A DNA stretch of 62,606 nucleotides, filler included, from Chiloscyllium plagiosum (taxonomy: Eukaryota): NCBI RefSeq assembly GCF_004010195.1. It is 3 parts of one record of this genome, joined end to end, with 100 filler letters (N's around TTAATTAATTAA, not from the genome) between each part and the next. Parts side by side here need not be neighbours in the genome. Positions count along the whole stretch, not along the records: positions 1 to 30,033 come from NC_057717.1; 2 more parts are not named here. The stretch is one strand, 5' to 3'. Shown here piece after piece: positions 1-12,885 of the stretch. Every line of letters begins with the position of its first letter. Position 1 is the stretch's first letter. Below the pieces are notes generated by a model that did no database searches, was not told the DNA's origin, and worked only from the letters and a program-made list of their open reading frames with translations. The position numbers and the translations under genes were made by a program.

Positions 1-400
1 GCGGGTAAGAGGCCAGCACGGGGTGTCCAGGTGGATGGGGTGTGTTGGAGGCAGGAGAAGGGGTCATCAGAGGGTGGGCGGGAGTCCTGGTTGGAGAAGT
101 AGGTGCAGAAGCAAAGGCGGTGGAAGAATTGTTCGACGTCTCGCCGTGTGTTGAATTCGTTAATCCGGGAGTGTAGGGGGATGAAGGTGAGGCCTTTGCT
201 GAGGACTGATCTTTCATCCTCAGAGAGGGGGTGGTCTGGAGAGATGGTGAAAATACGGCAGGGCTGGGAGCTAGGACCTGGTGTGGGGCTGGAGCTGGAA
301 GTGGGGACGGGGTTAGGCGCGGGGGCGGGGATCGGTGCGGTGGCGGGGTTAGGCGCAGGGGCGGAGACACATTCGCGTGGTCGGTGTGTCGGCGAGTGAC
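1..400 (-). mobile_element. Penelope-like retroelement fragment (5' part of ORF), CpG-rich
   Basis: Minus strand reads PCRIFTISPDHPLSEDERSVLSKGLTFIPLHSRINEFNTRRDVEQFFHRLCFCTYFSNQDS, with the LSKGLxFxP motif that precedes Penelope RT. Near-identical to 3480-3800 in inverted orientation. Confidence 0.85.
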
Positions 401-2365
401 CTCACTGTGGGCGAGCTCTTATGAGAATGAATGTCCTTCATGATTTGCTATACCCCGTGTGAATGCTTCTTTTGATGTTTTCCAGACTTAGGAGACTTAA
501 TGGCTGGTTTAGCTCTTTTGTTTGGCACCATAAGCGACTCTTTATCAAACTAACCAAATTGCAACTACCCCACAGATTGCTGGGAGTAGATCTCCCAGAT
601 TAAAAACTATCAATTAAGTTTTTTTATCCTATTTTAGTGCCTGGGCCGCTGAGGACTCGGCGTCAATACGGTTAGATGGTGAACCCTCTCAGAAAAAGTG
701 ACCCCTTATTAGTCTGTTGTTCTTGGACAAAATGTCAACATTTATGGAGTATTGTCATAACCCAATAATTATCAATCTTGTTAAAGCATGAAGGACAATG
801 CGTCAGATCGAGGGCAATACAGCCAAAATCATGTTTCTTAGGCCTATAATTGGTATAACAGTTTGTCAACCAGGGATAACCAGGTTTAAACTGTGGGCAG
901 CCAGAGGCGTAACTTGCTTGGGTGATTTAGAATTAGTAGAGTCTCTACAGTGTTGGAAATAGGCACTTAGGTGCAACAAGTCCACTTCGACCCTCTGAAG
1001 ATTAACCCATCCAGACCTATTCCCCTACCATCCTATATTTCCCTGACCAATGCCCTAGCCTACACTTCCTGAACAGTATGGGTGATTTAGAAATGGCCAA
1101 TTCATCTAACCTGCACATCTTTGGACTTTGGGAAGAAACACATGAAGACGCAATGAGAATATGCTAACTCCACACAGCCAGTCACACAAAGTGGGAACAA
1201 ACCAGTGACCCTGGTGCCGTGAGGCAGCAGAGCTAACCACTGAGCCACCACGTGTTATTTGAGGGAGAAACAATTATATCATTTGATCAAATAACTCATA
1301 CGTATGGACTACCTAGGTGATAGCTCTTCTGATTTTTTTCCCTGATCAGAGATTTGATTTTTAAAAACATACACTTTTAACAGACTCTTACAGATCCGGT
1401 AGAAAGAAGAGGGTGCCTATTGCTAAGAATGCACTCTCTGTCAGTAACCTTTATCATTAGTTGTAGAGTGTCCCCTCAGACGAGACTGTGCAGCGTTGTG
1501 ATGTCTGCGAGAGACAGTTGGAGGTTCCGAACACTTTAGAGACATGGGAGGATATTTGTGAAAATGCTGGAGGATTTTGATCTGTAATAGGACCCATTCA
1601 TTGCAGTTGAAAATTTAAACCCAAATTGTCTCTCAAAATTCAAAGGGGGATTATCTTCAGCAGTCCTAAATGCAGAATGACTACAGGCACTCTTACTCAT
1701 TGCTTGTGGTCCTGCTGCAGGTTTCATATATATGGAAGCACTGTGTTAGGTGTGATAGAGGGGGTAATGGGGGCTGAATTGGAAATGAACCCGGTTTCTC
1801 TTTTCCTGGGCCTGCTCAGGGTACATTACGTCGTTGCACATTGGAAAAAAAACAATCATATCCATTCTTCCTGTGCTCGGAAAAATATTCTGTTGTGTTG
1901 GATATCTGAAAACTCCCTGGGTCTGTTGGGCCATCATAAGCTCTTCATGGAGATATCCCTTTGACTATCTCACCGGTATGGTGCACCAAAAAACAGAGAT
2001 TTATATGAGACATGACAGCCCTTTTTGGATTATTTGCCACTCTAAGATGGGTTTTTATATAGCCATGACGATATTGTCTAATCAATCTAATATCCAGAGA
2101 GGAAGAATTATAAATATAAAAACGTGTATCAGTTAACGCTCATGAAGAACGAGAGTTATCATTTTGCTACGCTGAGCTGTGTTATTTATTCATTATTTCT
2201 TTTTTATTTTTGTTTTTCTTCTGTCCGTTTAGTGTTTTTAACTTGTTTTGTATGTACATGCACATGGGCGTAATTTTGCTCAGTTATTTGAGTTGTGTTG
2301 TTGTTGGTTTATTATAATATTAAAAATCTCTTTTTCAATAAAAATGTTTTTGCTTAAAATTAAAA
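400..2365 (+). mobile_element. Degenerate L1-clade LINE, 3' part of ORF2 plus 3' UTR and A-rich tail, interrupted by a SINE
   Basis: Broken frames give RRLNGWFSSFVWHHKRLFIKLTKLQLPHRLLGVDLP (~490-600), CLGDL|FEGETIISFDQITHTYGLP across the SINE, and the zinc-knuckle remnant PKCRMTTGTLTHCLWSC (~1665-1715). A T-rich 3' UTR is followed by AATAAA at ~2337. Confidence 0.85.
930..1253 (-). mobile_element. HE1-type tRNA-derived SINE inserted in the L1
   Basis: Reverse complement begins GTGGTGGCTCAGTGGTTAGCTCTGCTGCCTCACGGCACCAGGG (A-box head) and has the same body as the SINEs at 7862-8143 and 23765-24062. The L1 frame resumes on both sides. Confidence 0.85.
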
Positions 2366-2369
2366 TACT

Positions 2370-4300
2370 AACTTTGATAGAATAGAGTCCAAAGACATCT
2401 CATTATACAGACCACTCATGGTGGTTTACGCTGAGTGTCACCAGACCTCGGGTAATGGGGTGAGGTTGAGAAAGCGTCCCCTTCATGGTAACATCTGTCA
2501 GCGCAAGGAGTTGAACCTGCGCTGCTGGCCTCCCTCTACATCACAAACCAGCCATCCAGCCAATTTAGTGTGAGACTGTGTAACTATTCCAGACAGAAAC
2601 AATCACAGACAAAGGGCAAGAGAAACTTTTATATCAAGGAAAGTGGTACAATTCAGATAACGGTCAAGATAACGGCTGAGGATAAAAACGTTCTCTGCTG
2701 GAAATTGTATTTTATAACGAGTCAAGTGTTTAGAAGCTGTCTTAGCCTGAATATCATTAAGCCGAGTCAAGTGAAATAATCAGAATTACTAAGTGTGCTT
2801 GGATATCGATAACCATAAAATAAGTGTGCGTAAAATGTGCTTACTATTGCATAAAAGCTGATGGAATACATTTCAGAACGAGTGCGTCCCTGTGGGAAAT
2901 GCACTCGACAAGACGCTTGTGGATAACCGGGGTAAAAGTGCCTGAGTGTCATCTGCTCAGTGACAGGAACCCAGGGGGTTGAATGATTAAAAGTTCCTGT
3001 AACATGGAGCTGACAAAACCATCAGATCGCCCCGAAATTATTGAATGTTGGAGCATGTTTGAAGTGCTGAATGGCCATATTACAGATTGTAATTATGTGT
3101 GATCTGAGAAACGTACATCTTACTCCTTCCTGTTACGTGTTACACATTGGTGTAGTGCCGTTTTCCTGAAACTGGTAATTATTTGGGACATTATCTGGAA
3201 CGTTTCATAATCGGCATTCTCCAGAATATTCTATAACTGTGTGGGGGGTATTGCAAAGGCAAAAGAGAGAGAGAAGGGAAAGCTGCTGCATGCACTTCCG
3301 CCCCCGGGGTTGCCGTCGCCGCAGCTATTTCCGCCCCCAGTGATATCACTCACCTGCACAACGACCACGCCCCCACGCCAATCTCCGTCACTACGCCTAA
3401 CACCGCCCCCACGCCGATCTCCGTCCTCACGCCGAACCCCACCCCCACTCCGATCTCCCTCCCAGCCCCGATTCCCGCTCCCACGCCTAACCCCGCCCCC
3501 ACTCCCAGCTCCAGCCCCACACCAGGTGCTAGTTCCCAGCCCTGTCGTATTTTCACCATCTCTCCAGAACTACCCCTGTCTGAGGATGAAAGATCAGTCC
3601 TCGGCAGAGGCCTCACCTTCATTCCCCTACGCATTCGGATTAACGAGTTCAACACGCGGCGAGACATTGAACAATTCTTCCGCCGCCTTCGCCTCCGCGC
3701 CTACTTCTTCAACCAGGATTCTCGCCCAACCTCTGATGACCCCTTCTCCCGTCTCCAACACACCCCATCCACTTGGACACCCCATGCTGGCCTCTTACCT
3801 GCCTTCGATCTCTTCATAGCCAACTCTTGACCATGACCACACCTCCCACACCAAACCATCATCTCCCAGACCATTCATAACCTCATCACCTCAGGGGATC
3901 TCCCATCCACCGCGTCCAATCTCATAGTCTCACAACCCCGCACCGCCCGTTTCAACCTCCTGCTGCGCTTTTCCAGCAACATATTTTCAGCTCGAATCTC
4001 CAACATCTGCAGTCCTCAGTTTCTCCACTGAGACAAATTATTCTTGTATACAGCTCAATGTGTCGAAGACTCTGTTGTACTTACTCCGAGTTACAAATGT
4101 GCAGAAAAACTGTTCATTCAAAACTCTCCATCGTCTGAACTCACACCAATATCCGATTCACCCATAATTCTTCAAAATACTGAGCCGTGTTGTATGGTAC
4201 TATCGAAATGTCTTCATTTCAGCATTCTGAAACCGGTGAACATATCATTCCATGACATTTGTTCTCAGTCTCCCCCTCTCTATCTTTATCCCAAACCACA
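2370..4300 (+). repeat. Amplicon unit copy 1 (middle replaced by a Penelope insertion)
   Basis: 2370-3292 aligns to 7450-8590 and 32212-33180 (e.g. CAGACAGAAACAATCACAGACAAAGGGCAA). 4027-4300 aligns to 9541-9775, 33743-33990 and 42428-42700. Confidence 0.9.
3293..4027 (+). mobile_element. Internally deleted Penelope element with terminal-repeat tail
   Basis: CpG-rich ~30-bp repeats (3365-3520), then PCRIFTISPELPLSEDERSVLGRGLTFIPLRIRINEFNTRRDIEQFFRRLRLRAYFFNQDSRP, a jump to TIISQTIHNLITSGDLPSTASNLIVSQPRTARF, then the terminal motif CTGCTGCGCTTTTCCAGCAAC...CATCTGCAGTCCTCAGTTTCTCC. Confidence 0.88.
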
Positions 4301-4309
4301 CTTATTTAC

Positions 4310-4735
4310 AGTCATATGATTCTATTGCATGGAAACAGGCCCTTTCGGCCCAGCTAGTCCATGCTGACCTAAATGCCCATTCACACGCACCCTGATTCCC
4401 TGCCCTTGCTCTGTATCCCTCTAATCCTTTCCGATCTGTATATTTGTCCAAATGCCTTTTCAATGTTGTTATTGTACCCGCCTCAACCACTTTCACTGGC
4501 AGGATATTCCATGTGCTTACCACAAACTGTGTAAAAAAGTTGCCCTCAGCTTCCTTTTTATTTTCCTCCTCTCCAAACATTAACGGATGCCCTCTATTTG
4601 CAATTCTCCAACCTTGGGGGAAAAATGAATTGTTCACCCTATGCATGCCTCTCATGATTTTATAAGATCTACACTTCTATAAGGACCCCCTCAGTTTCCT
4701 ACGCTGTAAATAAAGAAGTTCTAACCTGTCCCTAT
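4310..4735 (-). mobile_element. CR1 LINE 3' fragment
   Basis: Minus strand gives NFFTQFVVSTWNILPVKVVEAGTITTLKRHLDKY (CR1 ORF2 C-terminus) followed by the 3' UTR. Confidence 0.85.
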
Positions 4736-4739
4736 AGTC

Positions 4740-7440
4740 AGCCTCCGCTGATCATGTGTTCATCCACATGCAGAAGTTCTTCCTGAATGATTGAAAAGAA
4801 CCAAACATTTAAATTGAGGATTAAATTTCACATCTGGTCTGAAGAGGGATGTGGAAATAGATCCAGAGGAAGGTCAGTGGACATACAGGAGCAGACATTC
4901 AAGCAGATATCCCATAACGCTCAGCAATTTTTGTTTCTGTTCAAAAAGGACTCAGAAGAAGATGAACTGCTCGTGGTTGACAAAATCTGTCAAGGATACT
5001 GTTCAATCGCAAATTAATGAGCATTAGTGTGTGCCCAGATTTAGGGTGTATATTTCAGGGACCATGAGCAGATGCTGGGCATGAATTTCAGCTGTGCTTC
5101 CTGAGTTACCCCCAGAAACTCCAGCTTTGCTGCTCCATCCTCTTCCCTCCTCATTCCCCTTCCTTGTTCCAGGTTATCCATCTCCAATTACAGAGCACAT
5201 TCTCTCATATAATGGTTCCTATCTGAGTCTACTTTCACTGGACGAGCATCAAGCTGTGTTTTGTGCTGCCACTTTGCCTCTGGTCTCAGTGTGACTCGGC
5301 CTCTCCATTCATGTTGTTTTACACCTCCCATTCACATCTCACTCCGGAAAGTTTCCACCCTCTTTCGACAAAGAAATTCAAGTGTTTGACTTCCTAATGG
5401 CACTGGTAGGGTTTCACGCTGTCTTAGTATTGTTACGTTGAGATAAAACAGATCACAGTCTGAAGGTTTGTCTGTGTTGTTTACCTGTCATTTTGAATAT
5501 TGTTTCAAATTTGCAGTGCTTACGATTAAATGCTTGTTCTTGAAGTTAGTATTAGATGGAATGGAGGAGGTTGAAAGGTGACGTTATAGAAGTTTATACA
5601 ATCATGAGAGGCATGGATTGGGTGGAGATCCAAGCTATTTTCCCCCGGAGAGGGGGGGAGGGGGGAGGGGTTCAAACATAGAGTACATTGCTTTAAGGTG
5701 AAAGAGAGATGTAAAAGTGCCAATGGTGCAACTTTTTCACATATAGGGTGATGTGTGTATGGAATGAGCTGCAAGAGGAAGAGGGGTAGATGAAAGCACA
5801 GCTACAACATTTAAAATACGTTTGGACAAATATAAATGGGAAACGTTTAGAGGCATATGGGGCACGTGAAAGCAGATGGGACTAGTTTAGTTAAGCATGA
5901 ACAAGTTGACCCCAATGGTCTGTTTGTGCGTGATGTGACTGTATGAATTTAGAAAATGAGGAAAAGGGGCGACAAATGATATGATATAAGTAAATTGGCA
6001 AGAAATATAAAAACAAGCATCACAAACGTTTCTGTGCATATAAAAGAAGTTCAAATTGAGTGTGTGACCTTAGGTAGAAATGAAGTCTGGAAAGTATATT
6101 GAGGTCATTTGGAGGATGAGACTGGGGAACAGGCTACAGGGAACAGACAAAAAATTACACCAGTACTTTGCATTGTTCCTCACAGGGGAAGGCACTGTAA
6201 GCATGTCAATGATATAAACAAAATGTTAATAAGAGGCAAGTTTTTGAACTGTCTCTAACAAAAGGAACAATGTTTTTTTCACAAACAGATAAGAGTAAGG
6301 GTAGACCGGTCAGCAGTAATTCAGTTTTTTTTTAAAAAGTGGTTACAGAGTGGGTGGTGGTACTGTGAGAAAGATTCCATAACTCTGGATTTCAGGAGTA
6401 TTCCAGCAAAACTGAAGAACCTCCAATGTGGCCCCTGTCTTCGAGAAAGGAGCGAGACAGAAAGCAGGAAACATTTAGCCCAACCATAATTACTGGGAAT
6501 CTGCGAGAGTCTATTATTAAGGCAAGAACTGAAGGGCATTTAGAAAAGCTTCACGCAGAGTCAGCATGGTTTTGTGAATGGTAAACTATGTTTTGCCTGC
6601 AAAGTTATTCTGAGAGCCCTGAAAATGTAACATGCGGACTTGATAAAGAGGAACTGGTAGGCATGCGGCTTTCCAGAGATCTTCCACAAGGTATCAAAAA
6701 TAAAGGTTCTTACACAAGATAGAAGCTCATAGTGTTTCGGACAATGTATTAGCATGGGATGACGGGTTGTTAGCACATAGAAATCGGAGAGTCAGGATTA
6801 ATGGATCGTGATGATAAAGACATATCTACTGGGGTGTCACAAATACCAGTCCGATGGCATCAGTTATTTACAGTCTATTCTGACAGCCTGACGGCGGGAG
6901 CTGCATGCAATATACATCCGAGTTTGAGGATGACACTGTGAACCAAAAGGCAGTCTGTTATTTAATGAAGAAGACTCCCAGCATGGGAGCAGTAAAAAAG
7001 GATTCCTGTGTACGAAACATAAAGTCAGCGTAGTGATGCAGCAAGTAACTAGAATGATACAATACGCAGGTTCCTGGGATGAAAGGGTTGAATTATTGAA
7101 TACATCTAAAATGGTGAGGCGATTATTCATTGTGCTTGAAATTAATGACCGTGATATTACTGAAACGTAAAGGATACAGAGGGGGCTTGACAAGGTAAAT
7201 GCTGAGAATGTGTTTCCACACCTGGGCAGAGTCTCAAACTCAGAGAAAGAATAAGGGATATCGACTTCAAACTGAGATACAAAGAAGTGTCTTCTTTCAG
7301 AAGGTCGTGAAGTCTGAATTTCACTCACCAGTGAGTTGTGGAGGCTGGGTCACTGAATGTTTTTACAGATGGGCTGAATTGGTTTTTGACATATCAGCGA
7401 GTTGAGGGATATGAGGGGTTAGCAGGAAAGTGGCGTTGGA
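4740..7440 (+). repeat. Duplicated block of degenerate CR1 and unique sequence (paralog of 28480-31820)
   Basis: Both copies share the start CTCCGCTGATCAT(G/A)TGTTCA, the internal junctions and their order. Includes a CR1 3' end (5550-5950) and a decayed CR1 RT (5950-7440). Confidence 0.85.
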
Positions 7441-7861
7441 GGCTGAGTGAACGTCCCCATCATGGTGAGCTCTGTCAGTATGGGGAATTGAACCTACGCT
7501 ATTGGCCTCCCTCTGCATCACAAACCAGCCATCCAGCTAACTGAGTGGGATTCTGTGTAACTGTTTCAGACAGAAACAATCACAGACAAAGGGCAAAAGA
7601 AACTTTCATAACAAGGAAAAAGGTACAATTCAGGTAACGGTCAAGGTACCAGCTGAGGATAAAAATGTTCTCTGCTGGAAATTGTGGAAACAAGTGTTTA
7701 GATGCTATCCTGAGTTGAATGCAATAAGGTGACACGAGCAAATAACCAGAATAATAATTGTGTTTAGATATCGACAACTATTAAATTACAGTATATTTCT
7801 GAATGGTCTGTGTGAAGCATGCTTATTATTGCATGAAAATAGAAAGCTGATGGGACATATT

Positions 7862-8143
7862 AGATTACTTACAGTGTGGAAACAGGCTCTTCGGCCCAAC
7901 AAGTTCACACCGACCCGCAACCCACCCATACATTTACCCCTTACCTAACACTACGGGCAATTTAGCGTGGCCAATTCACCTGACCCGCACATCTGTTGAC
8001 TGTGGGAGGAAACCGGAGCACGCAGAGGAAACCCACACAGACACGGGGAGAACGTGCAAACTCCACAGAGTCAGTTGCCTGAGGCGGGAATTGAACCCAG
8101 GTCTCTGGCGCTGTGAGGCAGCAGTGCTAACCGCCGTGCCGCC
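7862..8143 (-). mobile_element. Young HE1-type SINE with target-site duplication
   Basis: Reverse complement GGCGGCACGGCGGTTAGCACTGCTGCCTCACAGCGCCAGAGACCTGGGTTCAATTCCCGCC (A and B boxes). CATATT occurs at both 7856-7861 and 8144-8149. Confidence 0.92.
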
Positions 8144-8839
8144 CATATTGGTAGGAGAGTCCGCCCCCATGGGAAATGCCTCAGGAACACATGCTTTAGG
8201 AAACCCCGGATAAAAATGCCTGAGCGTCATCTGGTCAGTGACAGGAAGCTGGGGGCTGAATGACTGAAAGTTGCTGTAACATTGAGCTCAGGAGACAGTT
8301 AGATCCTCCGATCTTATTAAATGGTAGAGCACGTTTGAAGTACGGAATGGCCTCATGATGGATTTCAATTCGGTGTGCATGTAATTTTAATTTAAGAAAA
8401 AATACGCTGTTCCTTCCCCTCATGTTTTCCACACTGGTGCACTGTCATTGTCCTGAAACTGGGAATTGTTTGGAATGTTATCTGGAATATTCCATAATCA
8501 GCACTCTCCAGAGCATTCTATAAATTTTGTGGGGTATAACAAAGGCTAGAGAGAGAGAGCGAGAGAGAAAGGAGGGGGATGTGCTGACTGCAGCAGTGAG
8601 AATGTTAGAGCATGAGCCTTGTTCTGAGGTAGGTGCTATAACAGATATACAGTGAGTGTGAGGGAGCAGAGAGAATACAATGTCCCTTAGCCTGACAGAG
8701 TGGGAAAGGTTATTGATGCTTGTCCTGTATTGCTGGACCTTTCTTCAGACCACAGATACTGCACTGAGCTGGGTGGTTGAACTTGGTGGGTCTGGTGGTG
8801 TGGCACCCTTTGAGAAGAGAATGGTCCCCCTCTCTATTA

Positions 8840-9013
8840 GGAGGAGAAAGTGAGGTCTGCAGACGCTGGAGATCAAAGCTGAAACTTTATTGCTGGAACA
8901 GCACAGCAGGTCAGGCAGCATCTAGGGAACAGAAGATTCGCCCGAAACGTCGAATCTTCTGTTCCCTAGATGCTGCCTGACCTGCTGTGCTGTTCCAGCA
9001 ATAAAGTTTCAGC
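8840..9013. mobile_element. Penelope-derived short insertion forming a perfect 63-bp inverted repeat
   Basis: 8878-8940 is the exact reverse complement of 8951-9013, with the loop CCCGAAACGT. Flanked by the direct repeat CCCCTCTCTATTA (8827-8839 and 9013-9025). Confidence 0.9.
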
Positions 9014-9082
9014 CCCTCTCTATTACCCCGTCCACCAGGACATCATTGCCCCTGTCGACAAACCCGTAATTATAACCCTTAT

Positions 9083-9250
9083 GGATGGATAGAGCTCTTA
9101 AAGATGGTGGAATCAAGGGTTACGGGGATGAGGCAGGAACAGGAAACTGATTGTGGATAATCAGCCATAATCATAATGAATGTTGGTGCTGGCTCGAAGG
9201 GCCGAATGACCTACTTCTGCGCCTATTGTCTATTGTCTATTATGTATTGT
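9083..9250 (+). mobile_element. 5'-truncated CR1 3' end with (CTATTGT)n tail
   Basis: GGCTCGAAGGGCCGAATGACCTACTTCTGC followed by CTATTGTCTATTGTCTATT. CTTAT lies on both sides, and the insertion is absent from copy 4. Confidence 0.85.
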
Positions 9251-10599
9251 CTTATCTGCCATGCTCGGCCTAAACTGGGTAAGGCAGCTCCAAACTGAGA
9301 AAGCTCAATTATTTACCCACTAGCCTTTATTTTTGGCATCAGTGCCAGGGATCATGGAATATCCAGGGACTTCCGGCGATGGTGAGTACCTCCAACCATG
9401 ATGAGTGGGAGAATCAGTCTGGCATTGAATGACAAGGACACCATGCGGTGGGGTGAGAAGTTAATGAGGTGAGTTCGATCAGAGAACTGCAGGAAACTAG
9501 CTCAATCTCATACAGACATAACCTCACTCAATGAAAATGACACTGAGAGAATTTAGTGTTAGATTCAGCCCAGAGTCAAAGACTCTGCAGACCCCACTCC
9601 CAGGTACAAAGTTGCAGAACAAATCCTCATGCAAAACTCTCCATCATCTGAACTCACACCAATATCCCATTCACCCAGCATTCGTGGTAATGTTGGCTTA
9701 TGTTGCCAGAAGCTATCGACATGTCTACATTCAGAATTCTGAAACCTGTGAACATATCTTTCCATGAAATTCGTTCTACATTCACTCCATATCCCTGCAC
9801 TCGGCCCATATCCTTCTCAGCCTTTCTGATCCATGCGTTTTTCGAACAAAATGCAGCGAGATCTTCTAACATCAAGGAAGGCCTCAAGAAAAATCTCGCT
9901 GTATCTACCATTCATCTCACCACGGTGCTCAGTTTATACAAACAGTTTGACTGCAGCTTAGAACCAAGAAGGAGAAGCAAACACTGGTGGAAGATGTGCA
10001 TGGAAGTCAATACTGCAGGGAAATCTTTGTTAATGTTATAAACAGGAAATTAGATACCCAAGAATGTGCAGGAAAAACTCAACGGGTCTGGTTGCAGCAG
10101 GAGGAAGAAAGTCGAAAACTGTGGCCCCCGAAGAGCACAGCAGGTCAGGCAGAATCCGAGGAGCAGGAAAGACTATGTTTCAGTCAGAAACCCTTCATCA
10201 GGAATTCACTTTGGAATTCACTGCATTTGCAGTTGTCACTTTCTCGCAATCCTTTGTCAGAAGAGAGCAGAGTCAATGTTTCAAATCTGGGGAATTGTCA
10301 TCACAACAGTACCGTTTACCGATCTCCAGAGTATACAGCTCTTTGTTTTATTTTAGATCAGCAATTATCTTGCATGCTGCAGTATTAATGGAACACTTTA
10401 TCTGGACAGGAGGAGAAGGGTGAGGGCAGATGTGCAGGCAATGTGTCAGTCACAGCTTAAGGCCCTGTCCATTGGAATGTGAATCCTGGGGTGAAGGTAA
10501 AGGAGGGCTTGACAGAGGCACCACGCTGGAAGTTGACATCATCTGATGTGACAGATCCAGAGAAAGCGGGAGAAATCAGTCACTCTCTCTGATGGTCGT

Positions 10600-10950
10600 T
10601 AGGTGGCAAAGCAGCTCTCCATACTGCGTTAGGGCACCAATGACCTGGGTTCAATTCCATCCTTTGGTGACACTCTGTGCGTTGTTTGCAATTTCTTGCC
10701 GTGTTTGTGTGGGTTCCCTTCGGGTGCTTGGTTTTCCTCCCACAGTCTAAAAATGCACAGGATAGGTTCAGTGGCCTCACTAAACTGTCCCACAGTATCC
10801 AGGGATATGCAGGTTAAGTGGATTGTCTAAGGGAAATGTAGAGTTACTGGGGTAACACATGGGTATGTTGGTCAGCATGTTATCTGGAGGGTCAGTGTGG
10901 ACTATATGGGCCAAATGGCCTGTTTCCACAGGGTTTCTATAGTTTCTATT
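10600..10950 (+). mobile_element. Older HE1-type SINE
   Basis: B box GGGTTCAATTCC and body GTGGGTTCCCTTCGGGTGCTTGGTTTTCCTCCCACAGTC, ending in GGCCTGTTTCCACA. Confidence 0.75.
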
Positions 10951-10989
10951 TAGCTGTCTGTGTTTGGAAATACTTCCCAGGATCCTGCC

Positions 10990-12570
10990 TACAAGTGCTG
11001 ATCCAATTTGGCTCACAATAATGTTACACCATCCATTTATCTGACATGAACTCCATCAGCCACTCCTCGGCCCTTTGGCACATCTTATCAGGGTCCCGTC
11101 TTACTCTGAGTTAACCATCATTACTGTCCACCACCTCACCAATTTTGGTGTTATCTGTAGACTCACAAACCATTCCTACTTATATTCACATCCAAATCAT
11201 TTACAGAATTGACCAAATCCATTAGATCCTTGTGGTACACTGTTGGTCACAGGTCTCCAGTCCAAATAAACTATGCCATACCAGCATTACCTTCATCTCT
11301 TACCTTTGAGCGAAGTATCTACAACTCTCCCTGTATTCCATGCAATCTCACCATGTTTAACAATTTACCACGCGGAACCTTTTTGAATGCCTTATTAAAA
11401 TCCATATTCTGTTCCACAGTTCTATTTTTGTGCCTTCATCAATCTAATTGGTCACTTCTTCAATAAACTAAATCAAATTATTGAGGCAAGATTTCTCACA
11501 CGCAAAGTCATGTTGACTATCGCTAATTGGAATTTACCTTTCCAAACACACGTAAATCCTGTCCCTCCGGATCCCCTCCAACAACTTACCCACCAAGGAC
11601 ATCAGGCCCACCGGTCTATAGTTTCCTCACTTTTCCTTATCAACTGTTCTTAAACAATGGAACAACCTTACCTGTGGCTGTCCATGATAAAAATATCTCA
11701 GGTAGATATCAAACAATGGCTTCCCTAGCTTCCCAACAGATTCTGGGGTACACCTGATCAGGTCATAGAACACAGAACAGTGCAGCACGGTACAGGCTCT
11801 TGAACTGATAATGTTGTGCCGGCAATTTCTCCTCCTCTAAGATCAGACTAACCGATGTGCCCTTCATTGTACTTACTTCCAACTGCCTATCCAAGAGTCA
11901 CAAAAAAGGTCAGAGGGGGTTATGCACCTTAATTTATTTTAATGTGGCAAGCTCCTCATCTTCTGTAATATGGACTCTTTTCAAGATATCACTATTCATT
12001 TCCCCAAGTTCTCTACCTTCCATATCCTACTCCACAGTAAGTACTGATGCAAAATATTGATGTAGCATTTCACCAATCTCCTGTAGTTCCACACATAGGT
12101 CACTTTGCTGATGTTTAAAGGGCCCTGTCCTCTCCCTAGATACTCTTTTGACCTCAATGTATTGGTAGCAATTCTTTGGATTGTCCCTTACCTTATTTTC
12201 GAAAGATATCTTATGCCCCCAGTTTACCCTCCTGATTTCCCTCTTGAATTTTAGCCTACAACCCTGGTACTCCTCGATGGATTCACTCAATCCCTACTGT
12301 CTATACCTATCACATGCTTCCGTCTTTTTCTTGAACAGAACCGCAATTCCGCTCGCCATCTAGAATTCCCGACCAGCCTTGCATTGCTCATGAACCGAAA
12401 CATACTGTATCTAGAATCTGTAATCTCATTTGTGAAGGCCTCCCACTTTCCTGCCACGAGCTCCTCCCAAGCAGCTTTTGAAATTGTCCATCTAAAACGT
12501 TCAAAGTTGCTCTGATTCAATTTAGAACTTTACCATTTATGTCAGGACGGTTCTTCTCCGTAAGTATTTT
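10990..12570 (-). mobile_element. Degenerate CR1 ORF2 fragment
   Basis: Minus strand gives LKFKREIRRVNWGHKISFENKVRDNPKNCYQYI...LHQYFASVLTVE plus RT remnants. Confidence 0.85.
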
Positions 12571-12589
12571 AAAAGTGGTAGTTACTGAA

Positions 12590-12885
12590 TAACAGGCTGA
12601 CGAAGCAGAATGGCCTCCTTCTGTCCCACTGGAACAGACTCAATAGGTTGAATGGCCTCCTCCTGACCCTCTGCAACAGACCCGAGAGGCTGAATTGTCT
12701 CCTTCTGTCCATTTGCAACAGACCCGAGAGGCAGAATTGTCTCCTCCTATCCCTCTGCAACAGACCTAAGTGGCTATATGGCCTCCCACTGCCCATCTGT
12801 AACAGGGTCGAGCGGCTGATGGTCTCCTCCTGTCCCTCTCCGACAGACATACGGGGACAGAATTACCTTCTCCTGTTCCTGAGCA
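12590..12885 (+). repeat. 42-bp minisatellite, about 7 units, derived from a CR1 3' terminal motif
   Basis: Unit ~AACAGACCCGAGAGGCTGAATTGTCTCCTTCTGTCCATTTGC; compare the CR1 end GGCTCGAAGGGCCGAATGACCTACTTCTGC at ~9190. Confidence 0.85.

Larger units (their letters stand above)
7450..9790 (+). repeat. Amplicon unit copy 2, carrying three copy-specific insertions
   Basis: Collinear with 32330-33970 once the SINE (7862-8143), the Penelope hairpin (8840-9013) and the CR1 3' end (9083-9250) are removed. Confidence 0.9.

Noticed and set aside
3241..3819. 192-aa proline-rich ORF
   Set aside because: It is an alternative frame of the Penelope fragment; the Penelope peptide is in another frame.
8060..8143. 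tRNA genes at A/B-box sequences
   Set aside because: These are SINE heads continuous with SINE bodies and tails; no complete cloverleaf.
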